Assembly (NCBI GenBank): GCA_040954595.2
Contig: CM082591.2
Span: 10,743,309 to 10,807,308 of the forward strand
Length of the DNA: 64,000 nucleotides
Direction of reading: 5' to 3'
From: Balanoglossus misakiensis
Taxonomy: Eukaryota; Animalia; Hemichordata
Below are positions 25,601-40,100 of this stretch, one piece after another (within the stretch, counting starts at the first letter, position 1; each line of letters begins with the position of its first letter). The notes under the pieces are model-generated. The model saw nothing but the letters and a program-made list of their open reading frames with translations, had not been told where the DNA came from and ran no database searches. The translations under genes and the position numbers were made by a program.

Positions 25601-26659
25601 TGGAAGCAACCATGGAAACTTTAGAACTATCCGTCGATCTACAGAGTCTAGTGGAAAACTTTCTTATGCGCATAGACCTATCATGTGTTCTGCGCATCAC
25701 AACAGAATTTTGTAAACAAACGAGGCTGTGTTTGGAAGCAACCATGGAAACTTTAGAACTATACGTCGATCTACAGAGTCTAGTGGAAAGCTTTCTTATG
25801 CGCATAGACCTATCATGTGTTCTGCGCATCACAACAGAATTTTGTAAACAAACGAGGATGTGTTTGGAAGCAACCATGGAAAATTTAGAACTATCCGTCG
25901 ATCTACAGAGTCCAGTGGAAAACTTTCTTATCCTCATAGGCCTATCATGTGTTCTGCGCATCACAACAGAATTTTGTAAACAAACGAGGCTGTGTTTGGA
26001 AGCAACCATGGAAACTTTAGAACTATCCGTCGATCTACAGAGTCTAGTGGAAAACTTTCTTATGCGCATAGGCCTATCATGTGCTCTGCGCATCACAACT
26101 GATTTCCTTAAATAACCGAGGCTGTGTTTGGAAGCATCCATGGAAATTTTAGAACTATCCGTCGATCTACCGAGTCTATCAGAAAATTTTCTCATGCGCA
26201 TACGTCTATCGTGTGTTCTGCGCATCACAACAGATTTCCTCAAATAAACGAGGCTGTGTTTGGAAGCAACCATGGAAATTTTAGAACTATCTGTCGATCT
26301 ACTGAGTCTAGTGGAAAACTTTCTTAAGCGCATAGGCCTATCTATGTGTTCTGCGCATCACAAAAGAATTCGGTAAATAAACGAGGGTGTGTTTGGAAGC
26401 AACCATGGAAACTTTAGAACTATCCGTCGATCTACAGAGTCTAGTGGAAAACTTTCTTAAGCGCATAGGCCTATCTATGTGTTCTGCGCATCACAAAAGA
26501 ATTCGGTAAATAAACGAGTGTGTGTTTGGAAGCAACCATGGAAACTTTAGAACTATCCGTCGATCTACAGAGTCTAGTGGAAAACTTTCTTATGCGCATA
26601 GACCTATCATGTGTTCTGCGCATCACAACAGAATTTTGTAAACAAACGAGGATGTGTTT

Positions 26660-29600
26660 GGAAGCAACCATGGAAACTTTAGAACTATCCGTCGATCTAC
26701 AGAGTCTAGAGGAAAACTTTCTCATGCGCATAGGTCTATCGTGTGTTCTGCGCATCACAACAGATTTCCTCAAATAAACGAGGCTGTGTTTGGAAGCAAC
26801 CATGGAAATTTTAAAACTATCCATCGATCTACTGAGTCTAGTGGAAAACTTTCTTATGCGCATAGGCCTATTAATGTGTTCTGCGCATCACAACAGAATT
26901 CGGTAAACAAACGAGGCTGTGTTTGGAAGCAACCATGGAAACTTTAGAACTATCCGTCGATCTACAGAGTCTAGTGGAAAACTTTCTTATCCTCATAGAC
27001 CTATCATGTGTTCTGCGCATCACAACAGAATTTTGTAAACAAACGAGGCTGTGTTTGGAAGCAACCATGGAAACTTTAGAACTATCCGTCGATCTACAGA
27101 GTCTAGTGGAAAACTTTCTTATGCGCATAGACCTATCATGTGTTCTGCGCATCACAACAGAATTTTGTAAACAAACGAGGCTGTGTTTGGAAGCAACCAT
27201 GGAAACTTTAGAACTATACGTCGATCTACAGAGTCTAGTGGAAAACTTTCTTATGCGCATAGACCTATCATGTGTTCTGCGCATCACAACAGAATTTTGT
27301 AAACAAACGAGGATGTGTTTGGAAGCAACCATGGAAACTTTAGAACTATACGTCGATCTACAGAGTCTAGTGGAAAACTTTCTTATGCGCATAGGCCTAT
27401 CATGTGCTCTGCGCATCACAACTGATTTCCTTAAATAACCGAGGCTGTGTTTGGAAGCATCCATGGAAATTTTAGAACTATCCGTCGATCTACCGAGTCT
27501 ATCAGAAAACTTTCTCATGCGCATAGGTCTATCGTGTGTTCTGCGCATCACAACAGATTTCCTCAAATAAACGAGGCTGTGTTCGGAAGCAACCATGGAA
27601 ATTTTAGAACTATCCGTCGATCTACTGAGTCTAGTGGAAAACTTTCTTATGCGCATAGGCCTATCTATGTGTTCTGCGCATCACAAAAGAATTCGGTAAA
27701 TAAACGAGGGTGTGTTTGGAAGCAACCATGGTAACTTTAGAACTATCCGTCGATCTACAGAGTCTAGTGGAAAACTTTCTTATGCGCATAGACCTATCAT
27801 GTGTTCTGCGCATCACAACAGAATTTTGTAAACAAACGAGGCCGTGTTTGGAAGCAACCATGGAAACTTTAGAACTATCCGTCGATCTACAGAGTCTAGA
27901 GGAAAACTTTCTTATCCTCATAGGCCTATCATGTGTTCTGCGCATCACAACAGAATTTTGTAAACAAACGAGGCCGTGTTTGGAAGCAACTATGGAAACT
28001 TTAGAACTATCCGTCGATCTACAGAGTCTAGAGGAAAACTTTCTTATCCTCATAGGCCTATCATGTGTTCTGCGCATCACAACAGAATTTTGTAAACAAA
28101 CGAGGCTGTGTTTGGAAGCAACCATGGAAACTTTAGAACTATCCGTCGATCTACAGAGTCTAGTGGAAAACTTTCTTATGCGCATAGACCTATCATGTGT
28201 TCTGCGCATCACAGCGGAATTTTTTAAACAAACGAGGCTGTGTTTCGAAGCAACCATGGAAACTTTAGAACTATCCGTCGATCGACAGAGTCCAGTGGAA
28301 AACTTTCTTATCCTCATAGGCCTATCATGTGTTCTGCGCATCACAACAGAATTTTGTATACAAACGACGCTGTGTTTGGAAGCAACACTGGAAACTTTAG
28401 AACTATCCGTCGATCTACAGAGTCTAGTGGAAAACTTTCTTATGCGCATAGACCTATCATGTGTTCTGCGCATCACAACAGAATTTTGTAAACAAACGAG
28501 GCTGTGTTTGGAAGCAACCATGAAAACTTTAGAACTATCCGTCGATCTACAGAGTCTAGTGGAAAACTTTCTTATGCGCATAGACCTATCATGTGTTCTG
28601 CGCATCACAACAGAATTTTGTAAACAAACGAGGCTGTGTTTGGAAGCAACCATGGAAACTTTAGAACTATCCGTCGTTCTACAGAGTCTAGATGAAAACT
28701 TTCTTATCCTCATAGGCCTATCATGTGTTCTGCGCATCACAACAGAATTTTGTAAACAAACGAGGCTGTGTTTGGAAGCAACCGTGGAAACTTTAGAACT
28801 ATCCGTCGATCTACAGAGTCTAGTGGAAAACTTTCTTATGCGCATAGACCTATCATGTGTTCTGCGCATCACAACAGAATTTTGTAAACAAACGAGGCTG
28901 TGTTTGGAAGCAACCATGGAAACTTTAGAACTATACGTCGATCTACAGAGTCTAGTGGAAAACTTTCTTATCCTCATAGGCCTATTATGTGTTCTGCGCA
29001 TCACAATAGAATTTTGTAAACAAACGAGGCTGTGTTTGGAAGCAACCATGGAAACTTTAGAACTATCCGTCGATCTACAGAGTCCAGTGGAAAACTTTCT
29101 TATCCTCATAGGCCTATCATGTGTTCTGCGCATCACAACAGAATTTTGTAAACAAACGAGGCTGTGTTTAGAAGCAACAATGGAAACTTTAGAACTATCC
29201 GTCGATCTACAGAGTCTAGTGGAAAACTTTCTTATCCTCATAGACCTATCATGTGTTCTGCGCATCACAACAGAATTTTGTAAACAAACGAGGCCGTGTT
29301 TGGAAGCAACCATGGAAACTTTAGAACTATCCGTCGATCTACAGAGTCTAGAGGAAAACTTTCTTATGCGCATAGACCTATCATGTGTTCTGCGCATCAC
29401 AACAGAATTTTGGTAACAAACGAGGCTGTGTTTGGAAGCAACCATGGAAACTTTAGAACTATCCGTCGATCTACAGAGTCTAGAGGAAAACTTTCTCATG
29501 CGCATAGGTCTATCGTGTGTTCTGCGCATCACAACAGATTTCCTCAAATAAACGAGGCTGTGTTTGGAAGCAACCATGGAAATTTTAGAACTATCCGTCG

Positions 29601-32600
29601 ATCTACTGAGTCTAGTGGAAAACTTTCTTATGCGCATAGGCCTATTAATGTGTTCTGCGCATCACAACAGAATTCGGTAAACAAACGAGGCTGTGTTTGG
29701 AAGCAACCATGGAAACTTTAGAACTATCCGTCGATCTACAGAGTCTAGTGGAAAACTTTCTTATCCTCATAGACCTATCATGTGTTCTGCGCATCACAAC
29801 AGAATTTTGTAAACAAACGAGGCTGTGTTTCGAAGCAATCATGGAAACTTTAGAACTATCCGTCGATCTACAGATTCTATACTAGTGGAAAACTTTCTTA
29901 TGCGCATAGGCCTATCATGTGTTCTGCGCATCACAACAGATTTCCTTAAATAAACGAGGCTGTGTTTGGAAGCATCCATGGAAATTTTAGAACTATCCGT
30001 CGATCGACAGAGTTTATCAGAAAACTTTCTCATGCGCATAGGTCTATCGTGTGTTCTGCGCATCACAACAGATTTCCTCAAATAAACGAGGCTGTGTTTG
30101 GAAGCAACCATTGAAATTTTAGAACTACCCGTCGATCTACTGAGTCTAGTGGAAAACTTTCTTATGCGCATAGGCCTATCTATGTGTTCTGCGCATCACA
30201 ACATAATTCGATAAATAAACGAGGGTGTGTTTGGAAGCAACCATGGAATCTTTAGAACTATCCGTCGATCTACAGAGTCTAGTGGAAAACTTTCTTATGC
30301 GCATAGACCTATCATGTGTTCTGCGCATCACAGCAGAATTTTGTAAACAAACGAGGCCGTGTTTCGAAGCAACCATGGAAACTTTAGAACTATCCGTCGA
30401 TCTACAGAGTCTAGAGGAAAACTTTCTCATGCGCATAGGTCTATCGTGTGTTCTGCGCATCACAACAGATTTCCTCAAATAAACGAGGCTGTGTTTGGAA
30501 GCAACCATGGAAATTTTAAAACTATCCATCGATCTACTGAGTCTAGTGGAAAACTTTCTTATGCGCATAGGCCTATTAATGTGTTCTGCGATTCACAACA
30601 GAATTCGGTAAACAAACGAGGCTGTGTTTGGAAGCAACCATGGAAACTTTAGAACTATCCGTCGATCTACAGAGTCTAGTGGAAAACTTTCTTAACCTCA
30701 TAGACCTATCATGTGTTCTGCGCATCACAACAGAATTTTGTAAACAAACGAGGCTGTGTTTGGAAGCAACCATGGAAACTTTAGAACTATCCGTCGATCT
30801 ACAGAGTCTAGTGGAAAACTTTCTTATGCGCATAGACCTATCATGTGTTCTGCGCATCACAACAGAATTTTGTAAACAAACGAGGCTGTGTTTGGAAGCA
30901 ACCATGGAAACTTTAGAACTATACGTCGATCTACAGAGTCTAGTGGAAAACTTTCTTATGCGCATAGACCTATCATGTGTTCTGCGCATCACAACAGAAT
31001 TTTGTAAACAAACGAGGATGTGTTTGGAAGCAACCATGGAAACTTTAGAACTATACGTCGATCTACAGAGTCTAGTGGAAAACTTTCTTATGCGCATAGG
31101 CCTATCATGTGCTCTGCGCATCACAACTGATTTCCTTAAATAACCGAGGCTGTGTTTGGAAGCATCCATGGAAATTTTAGAACTATCCGTCGATCTACCG
31201 AGTCTATCAGAAAACTTTCTCATGCGCATAGGTCTATCGTGTGTTCTGCGCATCACAACAGATTTCCTCAAATAAACGAGGCTGTGTTCGGAAGCAACCA
31301 TGGAAATTTTAGAACTATCCGTCGATCTACTGAGTCTAGTGGAAAACTTTCTTATGCGCATAGGCCTATCTATGTGTTCTGCGCATCACAAAAGAATTCG
31401 GTAAATAAACGAGGGTGTGTTTGGAAGCAACCATGGTAACTTTAGAACTATCCGTCGATCTACAGAGTCTAGTGGAAAACTTTCTTATGCGCATAGACCT
31501 ATCATGTGTTCTGCGCATCACAACAGAATTTTGTAAACAAACGAGGCCGTGTTTGGAAGCAACCATGGAAACTTTAGAACTATCCGTCGATCTACAGAGT
31601 CTAGAGGAAAACTTTCTTATCCTCATAGGCCTATCATGTGTTCTGCGCATCACAACAGAATTTTGTAAACAAACGAGGCCGTGTTTGGAAGCAACTATGG
31701 AAACTTTAGAACTATCCGTCGATCTACAGAGTCTAGAGGAAAACTTTCTTATCCTCATAGGCCTATCATGTGTTCTGCGCATCACAACAGAATTTTGTAA
31801 ACAAACGAGGCTGTGTTTGGAAGCAACCATGGAAACTTTAGAACTATCCGTCGATCTACAGAGTCTAGTGGAAAACTTTCTTATGCGCATAGACCTATCA
31901 TGTGTTCTGCGCATCACAGCGGAATTTTTTAAACAAACGAGGCTGTGTTTCGAAGCAACCATGGAAACTTTAGAACTATCCGTCGATCGACAGAGTCCAG
32001 TGGAAAACTTTCTTATCCTCATAGGCCTATCATGTGTTCTGCGCATCACAACAGAATTTTGTATACAAACGACGCTGTGTTTGGAAGCAACACTGGAAAC
32101 TTTAGAACTATCCGTCGATCTACAGAGTCTAGTGGAAAACTTTCTTATGCGCATAGACCTATCATGTGTTCTGCGCATCACAACAGAATTTTGTAAACAA
32201 ACGAGGCTGTGTTTGGAAGCAACCATGAAAACTTTAGAACTATCCGTCGATCTACAGAGTCTAGTGGAAAACTTTCTTATGCGCATAGACCTATCATGTG
32301 TTCTGCGCATCACAACAGAATTTTGTAAACAAACGAGGCTGTGTTTGGAAGCAACCATGGAAACTTTAGAACTATCCGTCGTTCTACAGAGTCTAGATGA
32401 AAACTTTCTTATCCTCATAGGCCTATCATGTGTTCTGCGCATCACAACAGAATTTTGTAAACAAACGAGGCTGTGTTTGGAAGCAACCGTGGAAACTTTA
32501 GAACTATCCGTCGATCTACAGAGTCTAGTGGAAAACTTTCTTATGCGCATAGACCTATCATGTGTTCTGCGCATCACAACAGAATTTTGTAAACAAACGA

Positions 32601-34105
32601 GGCTGTGTTTGGAAGCAACCATGGAAACTTTAGAACTATACGTCGATCTACAGAGTCTAGTGGAAAACTTTCTTATCCTCATAGGCCTATTATGTGTTCT
32701 GCGCATCACAATAGAATTTTGTAAACAAACGAGGCTGTGTTTGGAAGCAACCATGGAAACTTTAGAACTATCCGTCGATCTACAGAGTCCAGTGGAAAAC
32801 TTTCTTATCCTCATAGGCCTATCATGTGTTCTGCGCATCACAACAGAATTTTGTAAACAAACGAGGCTGTGTTTAGAAGCAACAATGGAAACTTTAGAAC
32901 TATCCGTCGATCTACAGAGTCTAGTGGAAAACTTTCTTATCCTCATAGACCTATCATGTGTTCTGCGCATCACAACAGAATTTTGTAAACAAACGAGGCC
33001 GTGTTTGGAAGCAACCATGGAAACTTTAGAACTATCCGTCGATCTACAGAGTCTAGAGGAAAACTTTCTTATGCGCATAGACCTATCATGTGTTCTGCGC
33101 ATCACAACAGAATTTTGGTAACAAACGAGGCTGTGTTTGGAAGCAACCATGGAAACTTTAGAACTATCCGTCGATCTACAGAGTCTAGAGGAAAACTTTC
33201 TCATGCGCATAGGTCTATCGTGTGTTCTGCGCATCACAACAGATTTCCTCAAATAAACGAGGCTGTGTTTGGAAGCAACCATGGAAATTTTAGAACTATC
33301 CGTCGATCTACTGAGTCTAGTGGAAAACTTTCTTATGCGCATAGGCCTATTAATGTGTTCTGCGCATCACAACAGAATTCGGTAAACAAACGAGGCTGTG
33401 TTTGGAAGCAACCATGGAAACTTTAGAACTATCCGTCGATCTACAGAGTCTAGTGGAAAACTTTCTTATCCTCATAGACCTATCATGTGTTCTGCGCATC
33501 ACAACAGAATTTTGTAAACAAACGAGGCTGTGTTTCGAAGCAACCATGGAAACTTTAGAACTATCCGTCGATCTACAGATTCTATACTAGTGGAAAACTT
33601 TCTTATGCGCATAGGCCTATCATGTGTTCTGCGCATCACAACAGATTTCCTTAAATAAACGAGGCTGTGTTTGGAAGCATCCATGGAAATTTTAGAACTA
33701 TCCGTCGATCGACAGAGTTTATCAGAAAACTTTCTCATGCGCATAGGTCTATCGTGTGTTCTGCGCATCACAACAGATTTCCTCAAATAAACGAGGCTGT
33801 GTTTGGAAGCAACCATTGAAATTTTAGAACTACCCGTCGATCTACTGAGTCTAGTGGAAAACTTTCTTATGCGCATAGGCCTATCTATGTGTTCTGCGCA
33901 TCACAACATAATTCGATAAATAAACGAGGGTGTGTTTGGAAGCAACCATGGAATCTTTAGAACTATCCGTCGATCTACAGAGTCTAGTGGAAAACTTTCT
34001 TATGCGCATAGACCTATCATGTGTTCTGCGCATCACAGCAGAATTTTGTAAACAAACGAGGCCGTGTTTCGAAGCAACCATGGAAACTTTAGAACTATCC
34101 GTCGA
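26660..34105. repeat. Tandem duplication of a 3705-bp (28-monomer) block
   Basis: ORF pairs 26654/30359, 26871/30576, 27661/31366, 29645/33350 and 30176/33881 are offset by 3705 = 28x132+9 (four +1 and one +5). Private variants ttaaaactatccatcg, accgtgg, atgaaaac and cacaataga are present in both copies. Confidence 0.93.
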
Positions 34106-37100
34106 TCTATAGAGTCCAGTGGAAAAATTTCTTATCCTCATAGGGCTATCATGTGTTCTGCGCATCACAACAGAATTTTGTAAACAAACGAGGCTGTGTT
34201 TGGAAGCAACCATGGAAACTTTAGAACTATCCGTCGATCTACAGAGTCTAGTGGAAAACTTTCTTATGCGCATAGACCTATCATGTGTTCTGCGCATCAC
34301 AACAGAATTTTGTAAACAAACGAGGCTGTGTTTCGTGGCAACCATGGAAACTTTAGAACTATCCGTCGATCTATAGAGTCCAGTGGAAAACATTCTTATC
34401 CTCATAGGGCTATCATGTGTTCTGCGCATCACAACAGAATTTTGTAAACAAACGAGGCTGTGTTTGGAAGCAACCATGGAAACTTTAGAACTATCCGTCG
34501 ATCTACAGAGTCTAGTGGAAAACTTTCTTATCCTCATAGACCTATCATGTGTTCTGCGCATCACAACAGAATTTTGTAAACAAACGAGGCTGTGTTTGGA
34601 AGCAACCATGGTAACTTTAGAACTATCCGTCGATCTACAGAGTCTAGTGGAAAAGTTTCTTATCCTCATAGGCCTATCATTTGTTCTGCGCATCACAACA
34701 GAATATTGTAAACAAACGAGGCTGTGTTTGGAAGCAACCATGGAAACTTTAGAACTATCCGTCGATCTACAGAGTCTAGTGGAAAACTTTCGTATCCTCA
34801 TAGACCTATCATGTGTTCTGCGCATCACAACATAATTTTGTAAACAAACGAGGCTGTGTTTCGAAGCAACCATGGAAACTTTAGAACTATCCGTCGATCT
34901 ACAGATTCTATACTAGTGGAAAACTTTCTTATGCGCATAGGCCTATCATGTGTTCTGCGCATCACAACAGATTTCCTTAAATAAACGAGGCTGTGTTTGG
35001 ATGCATCCATGGAAATTTTAGAACTATCCGTCGATCGACAGAGTTTATCAGAAAACTTTCTCATGCGCATAGGTCTATCGTATGTTCTGCGCATCACAAC
35101 AGATTTCCTCAAATAAACGAGGCTGTGTTTGGAAGCAACCATGGAAATTTTAGAACTACCCGTCGATCTACTGAGTCTAGTGGAAAACTTTCTTATGCGC
35201 ATAGGCCTATCTATGTGTTCTGCGCATCACAACATAATTCGGTAAATAAACGAGGGTGTGTTTGGAAGCAACCATGGAAACTTTAGAACTATCCGTCGAT
35301 CTACAGAGTCTAGTGGAAAACTTTCTGATGCGCATAGACCTATCATGTGTTCTGCGCATCACAGCAGAATTTTGTAAACAAACGAGGCCGTGTTTCGAAG
35401 CAACCATGGAAACTTTAGAACTATCCGTCGATCTACAGAGTCCAGTGGAAAACTTTCTTATCCTCATAGGGCTATCATGTGTTCTGCGCATCACAACAGA
35501 ATTTAGTAAACAAACGAGGCTGTGTTTGGAAGCAACCATGGAAACTTTAGAACTATCCGTCGATCTACAGAGTCTAGTGGAAAACTTTCTTATGCGCATA
35601 GACCTATCATGTGTTCTGCGCATCACAACAGAATTTTGTAAACAAACGAGGCTGTGTTTCGAAGCAACCATGGAAACTTTAGAACTATCCGTCGATCTAT
35701 AGAGTCCAGTGGAAAACATTCTTATCCTCATAGGGCTATCATGTGTTCTGCGCATCACAACAGAATTTTGTAAACAAACGAGGCTGTGTTTGGAAGCAAC
35801 CATGGAAACTTTAGAACTATCCGTCGATCTACAGAGTCTAGTGGAAAACTTTCTTATGCGCATAGACCTATCATATGTCCTGCGCATCACAACAGAATTC
35901 AATTAATAAACGTGGCTGTGTTTGGAAGCAACCATGGAAATTTTAGAACTATCCGTCGATCTACAGTGTCTAGTGGAAAACTTTCTTATCCTCGTAGGCC
36001 TATCATGTGTTCTGCGCATCACAACAGAATTTTGTAAACAAACGAGGCTGTGTTTGGAAGCAACAATGGAAACTTTAGAACTATCTGTCGATCTACAGAG
36101 TCTAGTGGAAAACTTTCTTATGCGCATAGACCTATCATGTGTTCTGCGCATCACAACAGAATTTTGTAAACAAACGAGGCTGTGTTTGGAAGCAACCATG
36201 GAAACTTTAGAACTATCCGTCGATCTACAGAGTCTAGTGGAAAACTCTCTTATGCGCATAGACCTATCATGTGTTCTGCGCATCACAACAGAATTTTGTA
36301 AACAAACGAGGCTGTGTTTGGAAGCAACCATGGAAACTTTAGAACTATCCGTCGATCTACAGAGTCTAGTGGAAAACTTTCTTATCCTCATAGACCTATC
36401 ATGTGTTCTGCGCATCACAACAGAATTTTGTAAACAAACGAGGCTGTGTTTGGAAGCAACCATGGAAACTTTAGAACTATCCGTCGATCGACAGAGTCTA
36501 TCAGAAAACTTTCTCATGCGCATAGGTCTATCGTGTGTTCTGCGCATCACAACAGATTTCCTCAAATAAACGAGGCTGTGTTTGGAAGCAACCATGGAAA
36601 TTTTAGAACTACCCGTCGATCTACTGAGTCTAGTGGAAAACTTTCTTATGCGCATAGGCCTATCTATGTGTTCTGCGCATCACAACATAATTCGGTAAAT
36701 AAACGAGGGTGTGTTTGGAAGCAACCATGGAAACTTTAGAACTATCCGTCGATCTACAGAGTCTAGTGGAAAACTTTCTGATGCGCATAGACCTATCATG
36801 TGTTCTGCGCATCACAGCAGAATTTTGTATACAAACGAGGCCGTGTTTCGAAGCAACCATGGAAACTTTAGAACTATCCGTCGATCTACAGAGTCTAGTG
36901 GAAAACTTTCGTATCCTCATAGACCTATCATGTGTTCTGCGCATCACAACATAATTTTGTAAACAAACGAGGCTGTGTTTCGAAGCAACCATGGAAACTT
37001 TAGAACTATCCGTTGATCTACAGATTCTATACTAGTGGAAAACTTTCTTATGCGCATAGGCCTATCATGTGTTCTGCGCATCACAACAGATTTCCTTAAA

Positions 37101-40100
37101 TAAACGAGGCTGTGTTTGGAAGCATCCATGGAAATTTTAGAACTATCCGTCGATCGACAGAGTTTATCAGAAAACTTTCTCATGCGCATAGGTCTATCGT
37201 ATGTTCTGCGCATCACAACAGATTTCCTCAAATAAACGAGGCTGTGTTTGGAAGCAACCATGGAAACTTTAGAACTATCCGTCGATCTACAGAGTCTAGT
37301 GGAAAACTTTCTTATCCTCATAGACCTATCATGTGTTCTGCGCATCACAACAGAATTTTGTAAACAAACGAGGCTGTGTTTGGAAGCAACCATGGAAACT
37401 TTAGAACTATCCGTCGATCGACAGAGTCTATCAGAAAACTTTCTCATGCGCATAGGTCTATCGTGTGTTCTGCGCATCACAACAGATTTCCTCAAATAAA
37501 CGAGGCTGTGTTTGGAAGCAACCATGGAAATTTTAGAACTACCCGTCGATCTACTGAGTCTAGTGGAAAACTTTCTTATGCGCATAGGCCTATCTATGTG
37601 TTCTGCGCATCACAGCGGAATTTTTTAAACAAACGAGGCTGTGTTTCGAAGCAACCATGGAAACTTTAGAACTATCCGTCGATCGACAGAGTCCAGTGGA
37701 AAACTTTCTTATCCTCATAGGCCTATCATGTGTTCTGCGCATCACAGCAGAATTTTGTAAACAAACGAGGCCGTGTTTCGAAGCAACCATGGAAACTTTA
37801 GAACTATCCGTCGATCTACAGAGTCTAGTGGAAAACTTTCGTATCCTCATAGACCTATCATGTGTTCTGCGCATCACAACATAATTTTGTAAACAAACGA
37901 GGCTGTGTTTCGAAGCAACCATGGAAACTTTAGAACTATCCGTCGATCTACAGATTCTATACTAGTGGAAAACTTTCTTATGCGCATAGGCCTATCATGT
38001 GTTCTGCGCATCACAACAGATTTCCTTAAATAAACGAGGCTGTGTTTGGAAGCATCCATGGAAATTTTAGAACTATCCGTCGATCGACAGAGTTTATCAG
38101 AAAACTTTCTCATGCGCATAGGTCTATCGTATGTTCTGCGCATCACAACAGATTTCCTCAAATAAACGAGGCTGTGTTTGGAAGCAACCATGGAAATTTT
38201 AGAACTACCCGTCGATCTACTGAGTCTAGTGGAAAACTTTCTTATGCGCATAGGCCTATCTATGTGTTCTGCGCATCACAACATAATTCGGTAAATAAAC
38301 GAGGGTGTGTTTGGAAGCAACCATGGAAACTTTAGAACTATCCGTCGATCTACAGAGTCTAGTGGAAAACTTTCTTATGCGCATAGACCTATCATATGTC
38401 CTGCGCATCACAACAGAATTCAATTAATAAACGTGGCTGTGTTTGGAAGCAACCATGGAAATTTTAGAACTATCCGTCGATCTACAGTGTCTAGTGGAAA
38501 ACTTTCTTATCCTCGTAGGCCTATCATGTGTTCTGCGCATCACAACAGAATTTTGTAAACAAACGAGGCTGTGTTTGGAAGCAACAATGGAAACTTTAGA
38601 ACTATCTGTCGATCTACAGAGTCTAGTGGAAAACTTTCTTATGCGCATAGACCTATCATGTGTTCTGCGCATCACAACAGAATTTTGTAAACAAACGAGG
38701 CTGTGTTTGGAAGCAACCATGGAAACTTTAGAACTATCCGTCGATCTACAGAGTCTAGTGGAAAACTCTCTTATGCGCATAGACCTATCATGTGTTCTGC
38801 GCATCACAACAGAATTTTGTAAACAAACGAGGCTGTGTTTGGAAGCAACCATGGAAACTTTAGAACTATCCGTCGATCTACAGAGTCTAGTGGAAAACTT
38901 TCTTATCCTCATAGACCTATCATGTGTTCTGCGCATCACAACAGAATTTTGTAAACAAACGAGGCTGTGTTTGGAAGCAACCATGGAAACTTTAGAACTA
39001 TCCGTCGATCGACAGAGTCTATCAGAAAACTTTCTCATGCGCATAGGTCTATCGTGTGTTCTGCGCATCACAACAGATTTCCTCAAATAAACGAGGCTGT
39101 GTTTGGAAGCAACCATGGAAATTTTAGAACTACCCGTCGATCTACTGAGTCTAGTGGAAAACTTTCTTATGCGCATAGGCCTATCTATGTGTTCTGCGCA
39201 TCACAACATAATTCGGTAAATAAACGAGGGTGTGTTTGGAAGCAACCATGGAAACTTTAGAACTATCCGTCGATCTACAGAGTCTAGTGGAAAACTTTCT
39301 GATGCGCATAGACCTATCATGTGTTCTGCGCATCACAGCAGAATTTTGTAAACAAACGAGGCCGTGTTTCGAAGCAACCATGGAAACTTTAGAACTATCC
39401 GTCGATCTACAGAGTCTAGAGGAAAACTTTCTTATCCTCATAGGCCTATCATGTGTTCTGCGCATCACAACAGAATTTTGTAAACGAACGAGGCTGTGTT
39501 TGGAAGCAAACATGGAAACTTTAGAACTATCCGTCGATCTACAGAGTCTAGTGGAAAACTTTCTTATGCGCATAGACCTATCATGTGTTCTGCGCATCAC
39601 AACAGAATTTTGTAAACAAACGAGGCTGTGTTTCGAAGCAACCATGGAAACTTTAGAACTATCCGTCGATCTATAGAGTCCAGTGGAAAACTTTCTTATC
39701 CTCATAGGGCTATCATGTGTTCTGCGCATCACAACAGAATTTTGTAAACAAACGAGGCTGTGTTTGGAAGCAACCATGGAAACTTTAGAACTATCCGTCG
39801 ATCTACAGAGTCTAGAGGAAAACTTTCTTATGCGCATAGACCTATCATGTGTTCTGCGCATCACAACAGAATTTTGGTAACAAACGAGGCTGTGTTTGGA
39901 AGCAACCATGGAAACTTTAGAACTATCCGTCGATCTACAGAGTCTAGAGGAAAACTTTCTCATGCGCATAGGTCTATCGTGTGTTCTGCGCATCACAACA
40001 GATTTCCTCAAATAAACGAGGCTGTGTTTGGAAGCAACCATGGAAATTTTAGAACTATCCGTCGATCTACTGAGTCTAGTGGAAAACTTTCTTATGCGCA

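Larger units (their letters stand above)
14430..26650. repeat. Satellite domain II: marked by the 133-bp (+1, cctatctatg) monomer, cacaaaa(a/g)aattcgg, gaggccgtg, ggaggcaac, ggtaact and gtgctctg...caactga
   Basis: These variants first appear at ~14446-15000 and recur throughout. No 137-bp monomer was seen between ~14030 and ~29870. Confidence 0.85.
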
